Shown: in pieces, positions 30,125-42,042 of the stretch
Layout of the letters: every line of letters begins with the position of its first letter
Position numbering within the stretch: the first letter of the stretch is position 1
Source: Balanoglossus misakiensis
Taxonomy: Eukaryota; Animalia; Hemichordata
Direction: 5' to 3'
DNA: 64,000 nt
NCBI GenBank assembly: GCA_040954595.2
Contig: JBECUI020000027.1
Coordinates: 248,001 to 312,000, forward strand
The notes under the pieces: generated by a model
The model's database searches: none
Seen by the model: only the letters and a program-made list of their open reading frames with translations
What the model was told of the DNA's origin: nothing
Made by a program: the position numbers and the translations under genes

Positions 30125-32576
30125 GCTCAAAGGGGAATTGCCCCTTATCCCTTTGAGAGAAATGGTGGTTTTCCCCTATGTTATCACGCCCTTGTTGGTT
30201 GGTCGTCCATCGTCACTCAAGGCTCTTGAGGTCGCGGCCGCCCTGGACAAGAAATTATTTCTGGCCTTCCAGAAGAATAACCGTGAAGACCCGGGTCCTG
30301 ACGACATCTACCCGGTGGGGACCATTGTTCAGGTTATCCAGGTACTCAGACTGCCCGATGGAAATTTACGGATTCTGGTAGAAGGGCAGTCACGAGCCAA
30401 CCTAAAACGGGTGATCCGTAAAAAAGAGGTTACCTGGGGACGCTACCTTGTTATCCCCGAAAACGACCAATCCAATTCCACCATCCCCGCTCTACTACAG
30501 AATGTCAAAAATGATTTTTTTGCCTATGCCCAGCTGAAAAAGAAACTCCCAAAAGAGGCCATTGCCAATGTGAACAAGGCAGACAGCTCCGAAAAGATAG
30601 TTGGGCATGTCTGCATCACTCTCGACATTCCAACGGAGCGGAAAATTTTCTTTCTTACAGAGAAAAACCCCAAGAAACGTTTGGAGGAACTCTCTATAGC
30701 CTTGCAGATGGAAAGTGAGTTTTGGGGACTTAAGAATGATATTTCCAACCGGGTAAAAAAGCGGATGGAACATTCCCAAAAAGAATTTTTTCTTAACGAA
30801 CAACTCAAGGAAATCCATAAAGAACTGGGTTCCCATGAGGAAGACCCCACCGGAGCCCAGGAAATAGAAACAAAACTTCTCCAGCGAGAGCTTCCCGAAG
30901 AAGTTCGCAATAAGTCTCTTGCTGAGATAAAACGACTGACCCGACTGCAGCCCATGAGTCCAGAATCAGGGGTTTTAAGAACCTATCTGGAATGGATTCT
31001 CGACCTTCCCTGGGACAGAAGAACCAAGGACCGTCGCAACCTTCAGGAGGCCACCTTTATTCTGGATGCCGACCACTATAATCTTCAGAAAGCCAAGGAT
31101 CGTATTCTAGATTTTATTGCCGTCAGACAGCTAAAAGGCAAGTCAAAGGGTCCTATCCTTTGTTTTGTAGGTCCACCAGGTACGGGCAAAACTTCTCTTG
31201 GTCGTTCGGTGGCCCGGGCTTTGAATCGTAGGTTTGTCCGTATTTCCCTGGGAGGAGTCCGGGATGAGGCGGAAATTCGAGGCCATAGGAAAACCTATGT
31301 GGGAGCCCTGCCGGGGAAAATTCTACAAGCCATGAAAAAGGCAAATTCCGCCAACCCTGTTTTCTTGCTGGATGAAATAGACAAAATGTCCTCAGACTAC
31401 CGAGGCTCTCCCTCGGCGGCCCTCCTTGAGGTTCTGGATCCCGAACAGAATCTGAACTTCACCGATCATTACCTGGAAGTTCCCTTTGATCTTTCCGAAG
31501 TCATGTTCATCACAACGGCCAATAGCGTCCACACCATCCCCTACCCCCTGCTGGACAGGATGGAAGTAATTGATATTCCCGGCTACACAGACTTTGAAAA
31601 AAAGAACATAGCAAAACAGTTTATTATTCCAAAGCAGATTGAGGAGAATGGACTTACAGGGGCTAAGATCAGCTTTCAGGAAGAAGCCTTGGATCTGATC
31701 ATTAGGGGCTACACCAACGAGGCAGGGGTACGGAGTCTGGAACGGGAAATCAGCAAGGTGGTACGCAAAACCTCCCGCCGTCTCCTCAAGGAAAGCCAGA
31801 CTAGGCCGGGGCGATGGAAAATCAATTCAGCCGCAATCCATTTACATCAAGACCATGCAGCCCTGCGGGTCATTCCAACCGATGATCCCCCCGAGGTTAG
31901 AAATCTTGTTCTGACAGTCAGTCCCCAGCACATCCAAGATTCTCTGGGGGCTGCAAAATATACAGAAAATGATCTTATTAAACAGAATCGTTCCGGACTT
32001 GCCATAGGCCTTGCCTGGACCGAAGCCGGCGGTAGGGTGCTCCCCGTGGAAGTACGTCTTCTGGAGGGAGAAGGGAAGTTCCTTCTTACAGGAAAAATCG
32101 GAGACGTCATGAAGGAAAGTGCTCAAATTGCCTTTTCCTTCCTCCGCTCCAATGCCCTCTCCCTGGGTCTGGCCGAGAAGTTCTCCGTTAATAAAGATGT
32201 GCATATTCATGTGCCAGAAGGAGCCATCCCAAAGGACGGCCCATCAGCGGGAATCTCCATTACTGCGGCCATTCTTTCTGCCGTCAAAGACATTCCCCTT
32301 GTTCCCGGAACAGCCATGACAGGAGAGATTACCCTTACCGACCGACTTCTCGCCGTAGGTGGCATAAAGGAAAAGGTCTTGGCTGCTCGTAGGCGGGGTA
32401 TAATACGGGTGATTCTGCCTCAGGATAACTATAGTGACTTTAAAGAACTCCCGGAGGAAATAAAATCTTCAATGACCTTTTTATTCCATGACACCGTCTT
32501 CGGGGCCCTCAGGGAGGTTTTTCCCCCGAATACCCTGTCCCCCAAAGGGAAAAAAGACAGAAATAAGAAGGCTTAA
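30081..32576 (+). CDS. lon: Lon protease
   Basis: [23 protein letters not shown]. Start may be 30099. Confidence 0.98.
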   Translation: MRPARRMKLNKSRPELKGELPLIPLREMVVFPYVITPLLVGRPSSLKALEVAAALDKKLFLAFQKNNREDPGPDDIYPVGTIVQVIQVLRLPDGNLRILVEGQSRANLKRVIRKKEVTWGRYLVIPENDQSNSTIPALLQNVKNDFFAYAQLKKKLPKEAIANVNKADSSEKIVGHVCITLDIPTERKIFFLTEKNPKKRLEELSIALQMESEFWGLKNDISNRVKKRMEHSQKEFFLNEQLKEIHKELGSHEEDPTGAQEIETKLLQRELPEEVRNKSLAEIKRLTRLQPMSPESGVLRTYLEWILDLPWDRRTKDRRNLQEATFILDADHYNLQKAKDRILDFIAVRQLKGKSKGPILCFVGPPGTGKTSLGRSVARALNRRFVRISLGGVRDEAEIRGHRKTYVGALPGKILQAMKKANSANPVFLLDEIDKMSSDYRGSPSAALLEVLDPEQNLNFTDHYLEVPFDLSEVMFITTANSVHTIPYPLLDRMEVIDIPGYTDFEKKNIAKQFIIPKQIEENGLTGAKISFQEEALDLIIRGYTNEAGVRSLEREISKVVRKTSRRLLKESQTRPGRWKINSAAIHLHQDHAALRVIPTDDPPEVRNLVLTVSPQHIQDSLGAAKYTENDLIKQNRSGLAIGLAWTEAGGRVLPVEVRLLEGEGKFLLTGKIGDVMKESAQIAFSFLRSNALSLGLAEKFSVNKDVHIHVPEGAIPKDGPSAGISITAAILSAVKDIPLVPGTAMTGEITLTDRLLAVGGIKEKVLAARRRGIIRVILPQDNYSDFKELPEEIKSSMTFLFHDTVFGALREVFPPNTLSPKGKKDRNKKA

Positions 32577-32641
32577 AATTCTTCTATAAAGAACTTTGCT
32601 TTTTAAAACTTGAAGTTTTAACAAAAACATGACATACTAAG

Positions 32642-33073
32642 TTGATAGGAGATTCTACTGTGAAACAAGTTACATTGATCGTTCTTGTCTTGTTTTCCAT
32701 TGGCATTGCCAATATCTACGCCCAGAAGTTTGAAAACGAGTCTGAGTTTTATCCCAAAACTGTTTTTATTGCTCAAATCTATCCTCATAGGCTTGGTTAC
32801 CGCATTGATTATTACAAGCAGGATAATTCCATAGGAACCCTGTGGGCACCTACTAGATGGTTCCAGGATGCCGCCGGTGTCGGAGAAATCAACTATGGCA
32901 AGAGGGGAGCCTACCCCTATGTTACCTTTTTTTACAAAGATGGGGAGGTTGACCATTTTCGACTTTATCTCGTTCAGAACTTGCACCACCCAAGCTGGGG
33001 ACGCCTACCAGCCCAGGGAGATGATGCGGAGAAGTTCCCTTCTCCAGATAGTAAGCCACAAGTTAGTTTCTAA
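32642..33073 (+). CDS. Secreted hypothetical protein
   Basis: Signal-peptide-like N-terminus (start may be GTG at 32660); coherent ORF. Confidence 0.7.
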   Translation: MIGDSTVKQVTLIVLVLFSIGIANIYAQKFENESEFYPKTVFIAQIYPHRLGYRIDYYKQDNSIGTLWAPTRWFQDAAGVGEINYGKRGAYPYVTFFYKDGEVDHFRLYLVQNLHHPSWGRLPAQGDDAEKFPSPDSKPQVSF

Positions 33074-33452
33074 CGGGTAAAACACCACGCCTGCCTTGGC
33101 AGCTGGAAGAGCCGTTTTTAACCCATGGGAAGTTAGGCCACATACAAGAAGAATCTGATAAGGTTTTTCTTCTGTTATGGCTTAAAAATCACTTGAAGGG
33201 GTAGAAACGGCTGACCGAACATTTCTGTCTTCCCTGTTTGTTCCATTACCAGGAAGAAGTTACTCTTCAGAACAGCAATACAGTCGCCTTTCCTATTGCT
33301 TAAAAAACCATGCTAATATCCTTGACTCCCCAAAACAAAATGGAAAAGAATTCGCAAATTACTCCCTAGCCCTAAGGATAGGGGGGCTTAAGGTTGATGT
33401 TTTTTTCAGACAATGCTATGGTATTTAGCGTAACCAAAACTCAAGGGAGACG

Positions 33453-34799
33453 GTGAACATGAAATGGTTGGGGACTATTATTTTTGTTTCTTCTGTTAGT
33501 CTCGGTGCAGTCTTTGCCGAGGAAATGCTTATTACTCCTGAAAAGGCTGTGGAACTAGCCATTGCCAATAACCTAGGACTCAAGAACGCAGGGATAACCC
33601 TAAGGGGGTTTGAACGAAGCAAAAAAACCGCATGGAACTCCTTTCTACCCTCCATGCAGCTCAACACGGGTTTTCAGGCTGCGGCCCAGCTTTTTACGAG
33701 TGAGGGAAACTTCGTACCCAATCTGGGAGAAGCGGGAACCATTGGAATCAGTGGCGGTTTTTCCCTGGGATTGGATCTGAATATAGCTGCTGTAATTGGC
33801 ATAAAAAAAATCCTGGTTGACTACGAGAAAAGCCTCATTGACTATGACGATGCTCAAAAGAAATTAACCCGGGATGTGCAAAAGCTCTTCTACCTGATTT
33901 TGAGTAGTGTTGAGAATCTTACCATTCGGGAGCTCAATATAGAACTGGCCGAAAAACGATTGGAGCAAACCCGCAGCAATTATGAAAACGGCTTGGTTCC
34001 TGAACTCCAGGTTCTAAGCTCCGAGGTAAATCTGGAAGGTCTTAAACCTCTCTACAACAAGGAATTGATGGATTATGAGAACTCCCTGCTCTCCTTAAAG
34101 CTTCTCTTGGGGCTCAGTCGCAATCAGGATATTCGTCTAGAAGGAAAAGTAGAAACCGACGTTGTTCCCCTCGATGCCGAAGCTCTTATCACTTCCTACA
34201 GGAATAAACGTCTGGACATCCAACAGCTCAACAAAGCAATCGAATCGGCCACCTACTCCAAGCAGGTTGTGACCACTAATGCCAACTCCCCAACTTTGAG
34301 GTTCGCCTACAACTATGATCTTCGAGCATCTAACTCCAATCTTACAACAGCAGCGGTTCCTCGGGATCCTTGGAGTGATTTGAAAGATAATTCTACATTT
34401 ACCTTAGGCCTCGGTTGGAAACTGGATGGTTTGATTCCCGGTTCCAGTACTCATACAGCTGTCAAAAGTATACAAGACAACATCGACATCTTGCAGAATA
34501 ACCTTAAACAAGCTCAAGAAAGTGCTGATATAGAAATTTCCAACTTGGTAAACGGTCTGGAATACAACGGCAAAACTATTCAGGCGACCACCTTCAGCGT
34601 AGAACTGGCCCGAAGGAATTTTGAGCTTACTGAAGAAGCTTATCTGGTAGGTACCAAGGAACTTCTGGAAGTGCAATCTGCTCAAAATGATTATTTGGCA
34701 GCAGCACAGCAGCTTCTCCTGGCAAAATATGCTTATATTGCGTCTCTCCTTGATCTTGAATACGCCCTCAACGTGCCTATGGAAGACTTCCTGCCATAG
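33453..34799 (+). CDS. TolC-family outer-membrane efflux protein
   Basis: AVELAIANNL, YENG, AYLVG repeats; first gene of an RND operon. Confidence 0.9.
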   Translation: MNMKWLGTIIFVSSVSLGAVFAEEMLITPEKAVELAIANNLGLKNAGITLRGFERSKKTAWNSFLPSMQLNTGFQAAAQLFTSEGNFVPNLGEAGTIGISGGFSLGLDLNIAAVIGIKKILVDYEKSLIDYDDAQKKLTRDVQKLFYLILSSVENLTIRELNIELAEKRLEQTRSNYENGLVPELQVLSSEVNLEGLKPLYNKELMDYENSLLSLKLLLGLSRNQDIRLEGKVETDVVPLDAEALITSYRNKRLDIQQLNKAIESATYSKQVVTTNANSPTLRFAYNYDLRASNSNLTTAAVPRDPWSDLKDNSTFTLGLGWKLDGLIPGSSTHTAVKSIQDNIDILQNNLKQAQESADIEISNLVNGLEYNGKTIQATTFSVELARRNFELTEEAYLVGTKELLEVQSAQNDYLAAAQQLLLAKYAYIASLLDLEYALNVPMEDFLP

Positions 34800-34858
34800 G
34801 TTATTTTTTGCCTTAATGCTGTTGAGATGTACAGTTAGAAGATTTAGGATGGAACCAT

Positions 34859-35860
34859 ATGAGCCATAAGAAAAAAAAACGGAAAATAGGGTTTTTCATA
34901 GTGATTGCTATTCTTGTTCTTATTATAGGGATCGTTATTGTTTTTAGAGTTTTCAAACCTCAATCTCTTACGGGAAACTCAGCGATAGTTAGGCTGGGGC
35001 CTCCGATTGAGGGAGGGGGCCCTCCCCTGGATACCCTGCCTCCAGAACAAGAAGAGGCTACTTATGCTGTCAAAGTGCTTCCTGCTGTTCTGGGACCGAT
35101 TTCGGAGTACTTTACGACCAACGGCGAAGTGGTTGCCCGTCATGCTGTGGACACCTACGCCGAGGTGGGAGGATTCTTGGTAAAAAGCGACATCGAAGTC
35201 GGCGACTATGTCCGCCAAGGAAGCATTCTTGCTCAGGTTGATCCTTCCAGACCTGGAGGAGCCATCTACGCCCTTAGTCCCATAAAAGCCAGGAAATCCG
35301 GCACAATTACTGCTATTTATTTGAAGAAGGGAGATCTGGTAACACTCCAAACCCCCCTAGCCACCATCAGTGAGCTTTCCAATCTTCAGGTACGGATCCA
35401 AGTTCCCGAACGATTTGTTTCTAAGGTCAGCCTGGGTATGCCGGCTGAATTGTCTCTGGAAGCTTACCCCGAACAAGTTATTTCTCTGAAAGTTAACCAG
35501 ATAAGCCCAGTGCTAGACCCAATTAGTCGTAGTATGGAAGCTATCCTGGACATTGCCCCCAACGAAGACAAAATTAAGGCAGGAATGTATGCCAAGATAA
35601 AACTCACCACAGAGAAGAAAGAAGAAGTGATAAAAATCCCTATAGACTGCATTATCCGTCGCCTAGGGGAAACCTTTGTCTTTATTGTAGGAGATGACGC
35701 TCTGGCGGAAAAGCGCCTGGTGGTCCCAGGAATTGTCCATAACAATATGGTGGAAATTATCCAGGGACTAAAGGAAGGCGACCAAGTGATTTACCAGGGG
35801 CAAAATCTTTTGGAAAATGGAGCAAAGATCGAAGTATTCAATGAGAACAGCGGAACGTAG
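34859..35860 (+). CDS. RND efflux periplasmic adaptor (MFP)
   Basis: N-terminal TM, lipoyl half-motifs, ISPVLDPISRS, GLKEGDQVI. Confidence 0.92.
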   Translation: MSHKKKKRKIGFFIVIAILVLIIGIVIVFRVFKPQSLTGNSAIVRLGPPIEGGGPPLDTLPPEQEEATYAVKVLPAVLGPISEYFTTNGEVVARHAVDTYAEVGGFLVKSDIEVGDYVRQGSILAQVDPSRPGGAIYALSPIKARKSGTITAIYLKKGDLVTLQTPLATISELSNLQVRIQVPERFVSKVSLGMPAELSLEAYPEQVISLKVNQISPVLDPISRSMEAILDIAPNEDKIKAGMYAKIKLTTEKKEEVIKIPIDCIIRRLGETFVFIVGDDALAEKRLVVPGIVHNNMVEIIQGLKEGDQVIYQGQNLLENGAKIEVFNENSGT

Positions 35861-35872
35861 GGAAAGCAGCCG

Positions 35873-38800
35873 ATGAGTATTGCTCAAAGGGTTGTAAGAC
35901 GCCCAACAACTTTCTTTATCCTTTATGTCCTGGTGGTTGGTATGGCCCTCTATATCCTACCACAGACACCCATTGATCTTTTCCCAGACATTGCTCCCCC
36001 CATTTTGCTGGTGGTAACAAGTTATTCCGGGGCAGGACCTGAAGAGGTGGAACGGTCCATTACCCGCCCCCTAGAAGGTGCTATGACTAATGTCAGCGGC
36101 ATCCAGGCAGTGAATTCTACTTCTTCGGAGGGGCAAAGCAGTATTGTCCTGGAACTTGACTGGGGTGCAAATCTTTCTGAAGCTACCAATGAATTGCGGG
36201 ATAAACTGGAATTTGTTAAGGGATTTCTTCCTGAAGAAGCCAGTACTCCCCAAATTTTTAAATTTGATCCTTCCCTTATTCCCATAATTCAGTTGTCTCT
36301 AAAAGGGAACCGCTCTCCAGAAGAGCTCTTTAGCATTGCTGAGAAACAAGTGCAGCCCCGATTGGAACAAGTTAACGGGTGTGGCACAGGTTTCCCTGAC
36401 CGGGGGACTGCAAAAGGCTGTTCGGGTAGAAATTGCTCAGAATCGCCTGGAAGCTTATAACTTGACCATTTCCCAGGTGGTCCAAGCACTGCAATCTCAG
36501 AATCTCCAGGTGACTTCAGGGAAGGTCTACGAAGGCGACAAGAAATATCTTGTGGAAACCCAGGGGGAATTTCAAAACTTAGAAGATATCCGCAACGCCA
36601 TGATTGCCTACCGAGGCAGCGAACAGAACCCCAGGCAGAAACCGCATATGGTGCAACTCCGAGATCTTGCGGAAATCACCGACAGTTACAGAGATCCCAC
36701 CACTATCAACTACCTCAATGGAGTACCGATAGTCTACATCGACATACTCAAGCAAAGTGGAACCAATTCGGTAGAAGTTGCCAATAACATTATGGCTAAA
36801 ATCGAGGCAATCCAGGCAATACTTCCCGCCGGGGTCGATATAGGCGTAATCTACGACACAACGACGATTATTCGCCGGTCCCTGCAGGGAGTAGCCTCTT
36901 CAGCCTTGATGGGGGCAATACTGGCTATGGCGATACTTCTGTTCTTCCTGCGGAGCTTCCGGAGTACCCTTATTATTGGTTTGTCCATCCCCATCAGTCT
37001 TTTGATCACGGTCATGGTTATGTACTTTTCCGGACTTACCCTCAATATCATGACCTTGGCGGGCCTCTCTTTAGGCATAGGTATGATTGTGGACTCCTCC
37101 ATTGTTATTCTGGAAAATATCTTCCGCTACAGGGAAAAAGGCACCAAGGCTGGTCCTGCCGCCTATCTTGGTACCCAGGAAATGATCGTCGCCATTTCTG
37201 CTTCAATTCTGACTACCGTAGGAATATTTTTGCCTCTGCTTCTGTTTAAAAAAGAACTGGATATTGTCGGGGTGCTTTTCCAGGATTTGGCCATTACCAT
37301 TATTGTGGCTCTTCTGGCGTCACTACTTATAGCAGTAAGTCTGGTTCCAGTTCTCAGCAGTAAGTACTTAAAGCTCTATACCCGAAAACAACGTCCTCTC
37401 AAATTCAAACCTCTGGCGGCTCTGGATAGTTGGTTGGATCGGGCCTTCAAGGCCATGGACCGTGGTTATAAACGCTTTCTGGGGCTGGTACTGGACCACA
37501 AAGGGCCCACCCTTCTTATTATTTTTTTGATCTTGGTACTCAGTTTCTTTACCCTGGAACCCCTGGGAGGAAACGTGGGTGTAGAATTCCTTCCAACACA
37601 GACCCAGGATATGGTTCAGATAAACATCGAGCTTCCCAACGGAACCCGCCTTGAGGTAACAGAAAAGATACTTAATCAATTAGCGGCTATTGCCAAGGAG
37701 GAACTTAAGGGGTATCAGGATATTCTTGTGCTAGCCGGAACTGGCGGCGGGGGCTTTGTTCTGGAAGAAAGTTCGCATCAGGGGATGCTCTTTATTACAC
37801 TTCCTCCTTTTGAAGAACGAATAGATTCCAATGAAGTAATGATCCAAAAAATACGTGCCCATGATAAAGAGTTCCCTTCGGTAAATTTTGACATTCAATC
37901 TCAAAGCTTCCTGAGCAACGCTAGCCCTATAGACATTATTCTTCGGGGCGAAGATCTGGAAAAATCTGCTCGAATAGCCTATGAAATCAAGGAACTGCTT
38001 GATAGCCATGTGCCTCAAGTCATGGATACAAGAACTTCTCTTGTAGAAGGCTTCCCCATCATAAGTCTGAAGATTGACCGAGACAAGACCTACGCCTTAG
38101 GGCTTAACATTGCCTCAGTGGCCAAGGAAATCAGCACCGCTGTGAATGGTGCCGTTGCTGGGCGTTACCGCTCCGATGGTGATGAGTACGATATTCTCGT
38201 CATTCTTCAAGAAGAAGATCGCAGCACCATACCTGATCTTAACCGTATTTATTTTATGGGCCCCTCGTTCAACAAAATTCCCGTGAGTTCCATAGCCCAT
38301 CTGGAACGCAGCTCAGGGCCGGCGACCATTTCTCGAGAGGATCGTAACCGAGTGATTCACGTTACCTCCCAAAAAGCCCCAGGAGTTTCACTGAATGTGG
38401 CTCAGTCCATCGTAGAAGACACCATAAGACAGAACATTATCTTGGATGAAGATGTCATTCTTGAATTCTCAGGGGACTATGCCGATCTTATCCAGTACAT
38501 CGGCAAATTTGCCCTGGTAATGCTTGTGGCCCTGGCCCTGGTCTATGGCATTATGGCCAGTCTCTTTGAATCTCTTCTGGATCCTTTTATTATTTTTCTT
38601 TCCATCTTTCTGATTATTCCAGGAATTCTCTTTCTCTATTCCATTATGAATCCCAACTTACTCAACTTCAACGCCACGCCTACCCCCTTATCGATGTTCT
38701 CCGCCGTAGGACTTCTCATGTTGGTGGGCATTTCTGTAAACAACGGTATTGTTTTGGTTGATTACTCCAACCTGCTACGGAATCGGGGTTTGAAGATCCG

Positions 38801-39052
38801 GGAAGCCACCATTGAAGCAGGGGAAACCGGCTCCGTCCCGTGCTGATGACCAGCTTTACCACTATAGCGGGAATGATTCCCTTGGCCTTTAGCAAGGGAG
38901 AAGGGGCAGAACTGGTCAGACCCATAGGTTTGACCATTGTGGGAGGCATGACCATGAGTACCCTTATGACTCTCTTTCTGGTACCCACACTCTATGCCAT
39001 GATTAATCGCAAGCACGATTCCAAGAGAAAAGAACAAAAAAAAGAAGACTAA
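35873..39052 (+). CDS. RND (AcrB-family) permease, frameshifted at about 36378 and about 38822
   Basis: GAGPEEVE, GMIVDSSIVILENI, NNGIVLVD, and RLRPVLMT split across a G-run indel. Confidence 0.92.
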
Positions 39053-39079
39053 AATTCTCCAGGTTCCAGGGGGAGATTC

Positions 39080-39356
39080 ATGAAACGTGTGGAGATTATT
39101 GCCAACTATTCGGTGGAAGAAGATATTCTGGAAATTCTAGAGAACCGAGATTTGGCTACCCATTTTACCAAGATTCCCCATGTCCATGGCCAGGGGAACT
39201 CGGATCCCAAGCAGGGAAACGCAACTTGGCCTGAAAGAAAACTTTATTTTGCTCATCTACGCCGAAGCGGAAAAGGCCCAGTTAATCAGCGAGACTATCC
39301 AGGAAATCAAGGAAGCCTTCCCCACCGAAGGGATACGCTGTTTTATCACAAACTGA
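39080..39356 (+). CDS. PII-like transporter-associated small protein (PG0541-like), frameshifted at about 39236
   Basis: FTKIPHVHGQG..PKQG..TWPE. Removing one A gives ENFILLIY...FPTEGIRCF and a stop at 39356. Confidence 0.75.
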
Positions 39357-39508
39357 CGACCCAGGCATGGTTTTACTTAAATGGCTAACCCTTGTCTTTC
39401 TTCAAACAACAAACATCCCGAAATAAGAAGTCTCCAGATTGTCCAAGATGGCTGTGCTTTGAGTTTTTCTTTAGAAGGCTCATCTAAAACCACATGACTG
39501 GCTCTGCA

Positions 39509-39537
39509 TTGACAATGTGAGACAAGAAAACTACAAT
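39509..39537 (+). promoter_or_regulatory. Sigma70 promoter of the tRNA gene
   Basis: TTGACA-N17-TACAAT ending 7 bp before the tRNA. Confidence 0.85.
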
Positions 39538-39544
39538 GCTTGTA

Positions 39545-39618
39545 GGGCTTATAGCTCAGTTGGTTAGAGCATCCGACTCATAATCGGACGGTCCCAGGTT
39601 CAAGTCCTGGTGAGCCCA
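39545..39618 (+). tRNA. tRNA with CAT anticodon, most likely tRNA-Ile2 (lysidine)
   Basis: GGGCTTA acceptor stem and CCGACTCATAATCGG are typical of Ile2. It lacks the fMet C1:A72 mismatch and GGG/CCC features. Confidence 0.88.
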
Positions 39619-39625
39619 TTGCCTT

Positions 39626-39652
39626 TAGCTACTCTTCGGAGTAGCTATTTTT
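39626..39652 (+). terminator. Intrinsic terminator after the tRNA
   Basis: TAGCTACTC-TTCG-GAGTAGCTA-TTTTT. Confidence 0.92.
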
Positions 39653-40720
39653 GTCCTGTTCTCCGAATCGTGAAACCATGTAGGCAGGCATAAAGAAAAC
39701 CGACTACCTAAAACTTTCGTCAATAATTCAGTTTTGACAAGCTAATGCCTCAGACAAGCCCCTAGATCAGGATCTAGGCAATTACTCGGTAGTGTTTTCC
39801 GTTGCAGAAGTTTGAAAGGCGATAAAAGACACGTGGTAGTTCTCCCTGACTCTCCTCGTTTCCTTTGATTTCCTGCCTTGGGCAGTGAAGTGAGGCCAAG
39901 TAAGGTATAACATGGTGCGCAGATTTTTAAAGGGAGTAAAAGAAATCCTCCAAAAATTTATAGATATTTCATCAGAATTGTAACCGAATGGGGGCATTAG
40001 GAACGGTGACCCGATACGGTTCGAGAAAAAAGTTCAAGACTATTGAGGAGAAATGCTCAGGGGAAAGGTAGAGAACACCTTATCTGACATCATTTTTATT
40101 GCTCCTTTAAAGTCCACTAGAGGAGCCAGATAGGTGTCATGAAAATGACAGGTAGAGACCAGACAAGCTTTATCTGGAGTTTCAGGGCAAAGGAATCGGA
40201 CCAGTAGTGATTAACAACAAGACCGAAGAACTGGAAGTTAGAGATTTTCACGATCCTTTTATCTTAACAGCCCAGTCCACCCCATCGATCTGTCCAGTGG
40301 TTTAAACAATGCCTTGGAGGTTCTTTCAGACAAAAAAACGAATATCCGCCCTTAGCAGTCCACCATGGGCGAACTGTGAATAGAGGAGAAGGTCAAGAAA
40401 GCCTCTAAGTACAGGAAAACGCCTAAACCAAAGAAAACGCAGTAGAGTCTTGTTGCTCCTCAGCATCATAACAATGCTAAGTGGGTGAGCGCCCCTTCCC
40501 AAACCTGAGAACCTTCGTTAACACAAGGATTTCCACCCAGGGGGCCCCTCCTAACACCTTTGAACAATTGGAGATGCAGGGATACCAAGAGAAACATAAA
40601 AAAAAAGAACGGATGAAGATGATATTGGCTTTTATTTAAAAAAAATGTCTTGAAAATTCAATTTCAATTTCTCAAGAAAACCCTTTTATTGTTTTTAATC
40701 GTTTTTTAGAATAGTTCAAC

Positions 40721-40751
40721 TTGACAAAAATTATATTAAACCATATATACT
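40721..40751 (+). promoter_or_regulatory. Probable sigma70 promoter for livK
   Basis: TTGACA followed by TATATA (N17) or TATACT (N19) in an AT-rich region. Confidence 0.55.
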
Positions 40752-40788
40752 TAAACTTAGCGTTTTTTCTATTTTAGGAGGTTGAAAA

Positions 40789-41961
40789 ATGCTTAAAAAA
40801 TTCTCGATAATTTCCTCTATGGTTATTTTTCTCTTTTCCTTTAGTGTCCTGCCTTTATGGGCAACTGGTACCTCTGAGAGTAAGGTAGCGGAAAGCGACA
40901 TCATTCGTATTGGTGTCTTTGAACCTATGACCGGAGCCAATGCTGCGGGAGGGGCCATGGAAGTAGAGGGGATAAAGCTGGCAAACAAGCTTTATCCAGA
41001 AATTCTTGGCAAAAAAATTGAACTGGTCGTGGTGGACAACAAATCAGACAAAGTGGAAGCAGCTAATGCGGCGACTCGCCTGATTGACAGAGATAAGGTT
41101 GTGGCCATCATTGGAAGCTGGGGAAGTTCCCTCTCTATGGCGGCTGGTCCCATTGCCCAGGATGCCAAGATTCCTGTAGTAGCAGCTTCAGCTACCAATC
41201 CTCTGGTAACCCAAGGGAATGACTATTATTTCCGAGTCTGCTTTATCGATCCCTTCCAGGGATCCGTAATGGCCAACTACGCCTTCAACAAATTGGGTGG
41301 AAAAACTGCTGCGATTATCCAGGAAATATCCAATGACTATTCCGTGGGCTTGGCAAAGTTCTTTACCGATACCTTTATCGAACTCACCGGAAACCCCAAC
41401 GCTATTCTCTCAGTAAGCAATTACCAGACGGGAGATCAGGATTTTACCGCTCAGGTTACAAACCTAAGAAATGTTAATCCCGATGTTGTTTTTGCTCCAG
41501 GCAATTACACCGAATCGGCCTTGGTTGTAAAACAGGCCAGAGAAATGGGCATAGACATCCCCTTCTTGGGAGGTGATACCTGGGAAACCCCTGAGTTCAT
41601 CGACATTGGTCGCGAAATGGTTGAAGGGGCCGTCCTGTCCACCTTCTTTACCACCGATGTTCCCATAACCCCCATGTCAGAAATATTTTTGGACGCCTAC
41701 GCCAAGGAATACAGTAAAATCCCCGCTTCGGTAACAGCCCTAGGCTTTGATGCCTATATGGTGATTCGTGACGCCATAGAAAGGGCAGGAACCACTGACG
41801 GCCAGGCCATAAGAGATGCTTTGGCGACAACGCAGGGCTACCCAGGGGCCGCTGGGATTATATCTCTTGACAATAACGGTGATGCCGTCAAGAGTGCCGT
41901 TATCAAAGTTGTCAAAGACGGCAAATTTTCCTATCTGGCAACGGTAGAACCCATAGAATAG
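40789..41961 (+). CDS. livK: Branched-chain amino acid ABC transporter substrate-binding protein
   Basis: IGVFEPMTG, DNKSD, YYFRVCFIDPFQG, GDQDFTAQ; RBS GGAGG. Confidence 0.93.
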   Translation: MLKKFSIISSMVIFLFSFSVLPLWATGTSESKVAESDIIRIGVFEPMTGANAAGGAMEVEGIKLANKLYPEILGKKIELVVVDNKSDKVEAANAATRLIDRDKVVAIIGSWGSSLSMAAGPIAQDAKIPVVAASATNPLVTQGNDYYFRVCFIDPFQGSVMANYAFNKLGGKTAAIIQEISNDYSVGLAKFFTDTFIELTGNPNAILSVSNYQTGDQDFTAQVTNLRNVNPDVVFAPGNYTESALVVKQAREMGIDIPFLGGDTWETPEFIDIGREMVEGAVLSTFFTTDVPITPMSEIFLDAYAKEYSKIPASVTALGFDAYMVIRDAIERAGTTDGQAIRDALATTQGYPGAAGIISLDNNGDAVKSAVIKVVKDGKFSYLATVEPIE

Positions 41962-42042
41962 TTTAGGTGGTATTGGAATATTGTAACGCGTAAGTCTCTC
42001 AATAATAAGTGTATTGTGAGACTTACCAACGAAGGAGTCTTT

